Below are positions 62,354 to 64,000 of a DNA stretch of 64,000 nucleotides, in pieces. How positions within the stretch are numbered: the first letter of the stretch is position 1; each line of letters begins with the position of its first letter. The notes beneath the pieces are model-generated. The model ran no database searches. It was not told the DNA's origin and saw only the letters and a program-made list of their open reading frames with translations. Made by a program: the position numbers and the translations under genes. This DNA comes from Lepidodermella squamata (Eukaryota; Animalia; Gastrotricha), in assembly GCA_047495785.1 (NCBI GenBank), contig JBLDXI010000003.1, positions 4,030,001-4,094,000 on the forward strand. The letters run 5' to 3'.

Positions 62354-63114
62354 TTTTTCAAATGTAAATTGAAGTGGCGAGTCGCGCTGCTTTTACACGC
62401 AACTGGCGTGACTCATCTTACAAAATACGTCCAAAATGAATAATATACTCATTGATAAAGCACACGTTATTCTGTTTATTTCCCAAAGATAAGAAGGAAT
62501 AATTCCTAGGAAATCTGCTCTGCTGAGCACTTTGCCCATATCATTCCTTTTTGGGTCACTTCGGTCAGACTTGAGGCAGAAATTGCCAAGCAGCATTGCT
62601 GGAAAGTATTTGCAGATTCGAATGTCTTGTTTTAGAAGAACAAATTTCCCAAATTCAATTGAAGAGAAGAAATTCAAGAATTTATTACCTCAGATGCATT
62701 AGCGACCGCCAACGGAAAATTGATGCAGGAACGAGGGGAGCCACTTGCCACATAAGGACCGGGTGTTTTATTGACGAAGCAAACGCCCTGAACAGCATTG
62801 TCTTTTCCCGCCATTCTAACGCATGTACCCAGAGAGCGTGTGTATTCTTTTGGAAAAATCTCAGCGATATGTGGTATCCGAAATGTACCCATTTGCCTTA
62901 ATCGACTCTCGCATCCTCTTGAAAAGTGAGTTAATCTTCCAAATTGGGAGTGAAATTATTGTATTCTGTATGAATAGGCTGATTGAGAGGATAATGGCAT
63001 TTCTGTTAGAAAAAACCCAGCCGGTGAAACCAAAAATGTAAAAAATTATTTTATCAGTTTTTATTGCGAGCGTCATCGATTGCATTTCCTTTATAGTTAT
63101 TAATGTTGGCACAC

Positions 63115-64000
63115 TTATTCAGACATTAGTTTATCGAATAGCTTCGGGCTACCAGGCCAAATAAGTGTCAACTCGGCAAGTCGTGACGGCCACTGCTTGA
63201 AATGCTTCCGGCGCATGTTGCTGTCAAGGTGGCGGAAAAGCGTTGCAGGGAAAACGAGGGCTGCTTCTAGAGCATGGATTTTCATCAAAGCTTGATAGAA
63301 TTCTTCCATTAAAGCGGATGCTCGAAATAGTCCTCGATCGGTAGTTGCGAGACCTGAGCAGAGGCTAGGAATGATGTGAAGGGCGACAGGATTTAACTCT
63401 AAACATGGACGTATCCGGCATGCTTTCGCAAGTAATTCTTCCAAATGGCCCAAGTTTTGTTTTGAAAATTTCTTCGAGGCGGTTATCCTGTCAGCCGAGA
63501 GCTTGATCATGCTGAGAGCGGAAAGATTTGCGGCTGAATCTTTCCGATCCATTTCGCACAGGCGGCATCTGCATTCGAAGCCAAATTTCTCTCGCAGCGA
63601 CTTTTCCCTTGTCTGGAAGTCTTCGAAAGGTGTACAGTAGTCCCACAAGAGTTGTTCGCCTTTTCGAACTTTGCGAGTTACGCAGACAAATAAAAAGCGG
63701 CCGATGAAAGTTCGGCAGCAATTTGTGTCTACGCAGCTGTGATTTATATAGCTCGGCATTATCCAAAGTCCACAGCCATAGTTTCCTTTGTTATTAGCAA
63801 TATACGTCTCCATTGAAAGAGAATTGTGGTTGACGATAGCAGCTAGGGTTTCAGCGCCTTCATCCGTAAAGGGATCTCTGCTTTTCGACTCGATTTTCGC
63901 GCCACAATATAGCTTATAGAACTCCTCGGATATATCTGGTCGAGCGTCCAATTTTTCTATTACCGCTACAAGAAAATCTGCTGACTGACTCTCATCACAC
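63115..64000 (-). CDS. TPR + SET-domain methyltransferase (copy 8, partial at window edge, R422C)
   Basis: 3' half of the same ORF; FVRVT reads FVCVT. Confidence 0.88.
   Translation of the reverse strand, partial: CDESQSADFLVAVIEKLDARPDISEEFYKLYCGAKIESKSRDPFTDEGAETLAAIVNHNSLSMETYIANNKGNYGCGLWIMPSYINHSCVDTNCCRTFIGRFLFVCVTRKVRKGEQLLWDYCTPFEDFQTREKSLREKFGFECRCRLCEMDRKDSAANLSALSMIKLSADRITASKKFSKQNLGHLEELLAKACRIRPCLELNPVALHIIPSLCSGLATTDRGLFRASALMEEFYQALMKIHALEAALVFPATLFRHLDSNMRRKHFKQWPSRLAELTLIWPGSPKLFDKLMSE

Larger units (their letters stand above)
40628..64000. repeat. Head-to-tail tandem gene array, unit 2594/2598 bp, at least 8 copies, continuing past the window end
   Basis: CDS stop positions are 40923, 43521, 46119, 48713, 51307, 53905, 60521 and 63115. 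Spacings are 2598, 2598, 2594, 2594, 2598, 2594+4022 (insertion) and 2594. Units differ only by a few SNPs and a 4-bp indel. Confidence 0.97.

Noticed and set aside
40628-64000. Array as a pure assembly artefact
   Set aside because: Units carry shared and private variants, a 4-bp indel polymorphism and a unique TE insertion with a TSD. The exact copy number still needs read support.
1-64000. CRISPR array, rRNA genes or prokaryotic defence operon
   Set aside because: There is no repeat-spacer pattern or rRNA signature, and the DNA is intron-containing metazoan sequence.

Overview
Eukaryotic (invertebrate metazoan) genomic DNA with many ~50-60 nt AT-rich GT-AG introns; the phylum cannot be fixed from this window. 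The left 40 kb is gene-dense. It holds a neuronal calcium sensor, an alpha-arrestin, a tightly packed minus-strand trio (glyoxalase II, RINT1, HMG-CoA synthase), a 5'-truncated LINE and an inverted pair of tRNA-derived SINEs. It also holds a CG9801-type PP2C-like gene, a packed SF3B5-EXOC8 pair and a ROR-family receptor whose kinase domain has lost its catalytic motifs. The packed gene groups look like trans-spliced operons. The right 24 kb is a near-identical head-to-tail array (2594/2598-bp unit, at least 8 copies, running off the window). Each unit carries an intronless 610-aa TPR + SET-domain methyltransferase whose architecture resembles a fungal-type TPR-SET family, making it a horizontal-transfer candidate. 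The array is preceded by a hAT MITE inserted in a decayed gene. It is interrupted by a young 4018-bp non-autonomous element with 1247-bp terminal inverted repeats. All family assignments come from motif recognition, not database searches.
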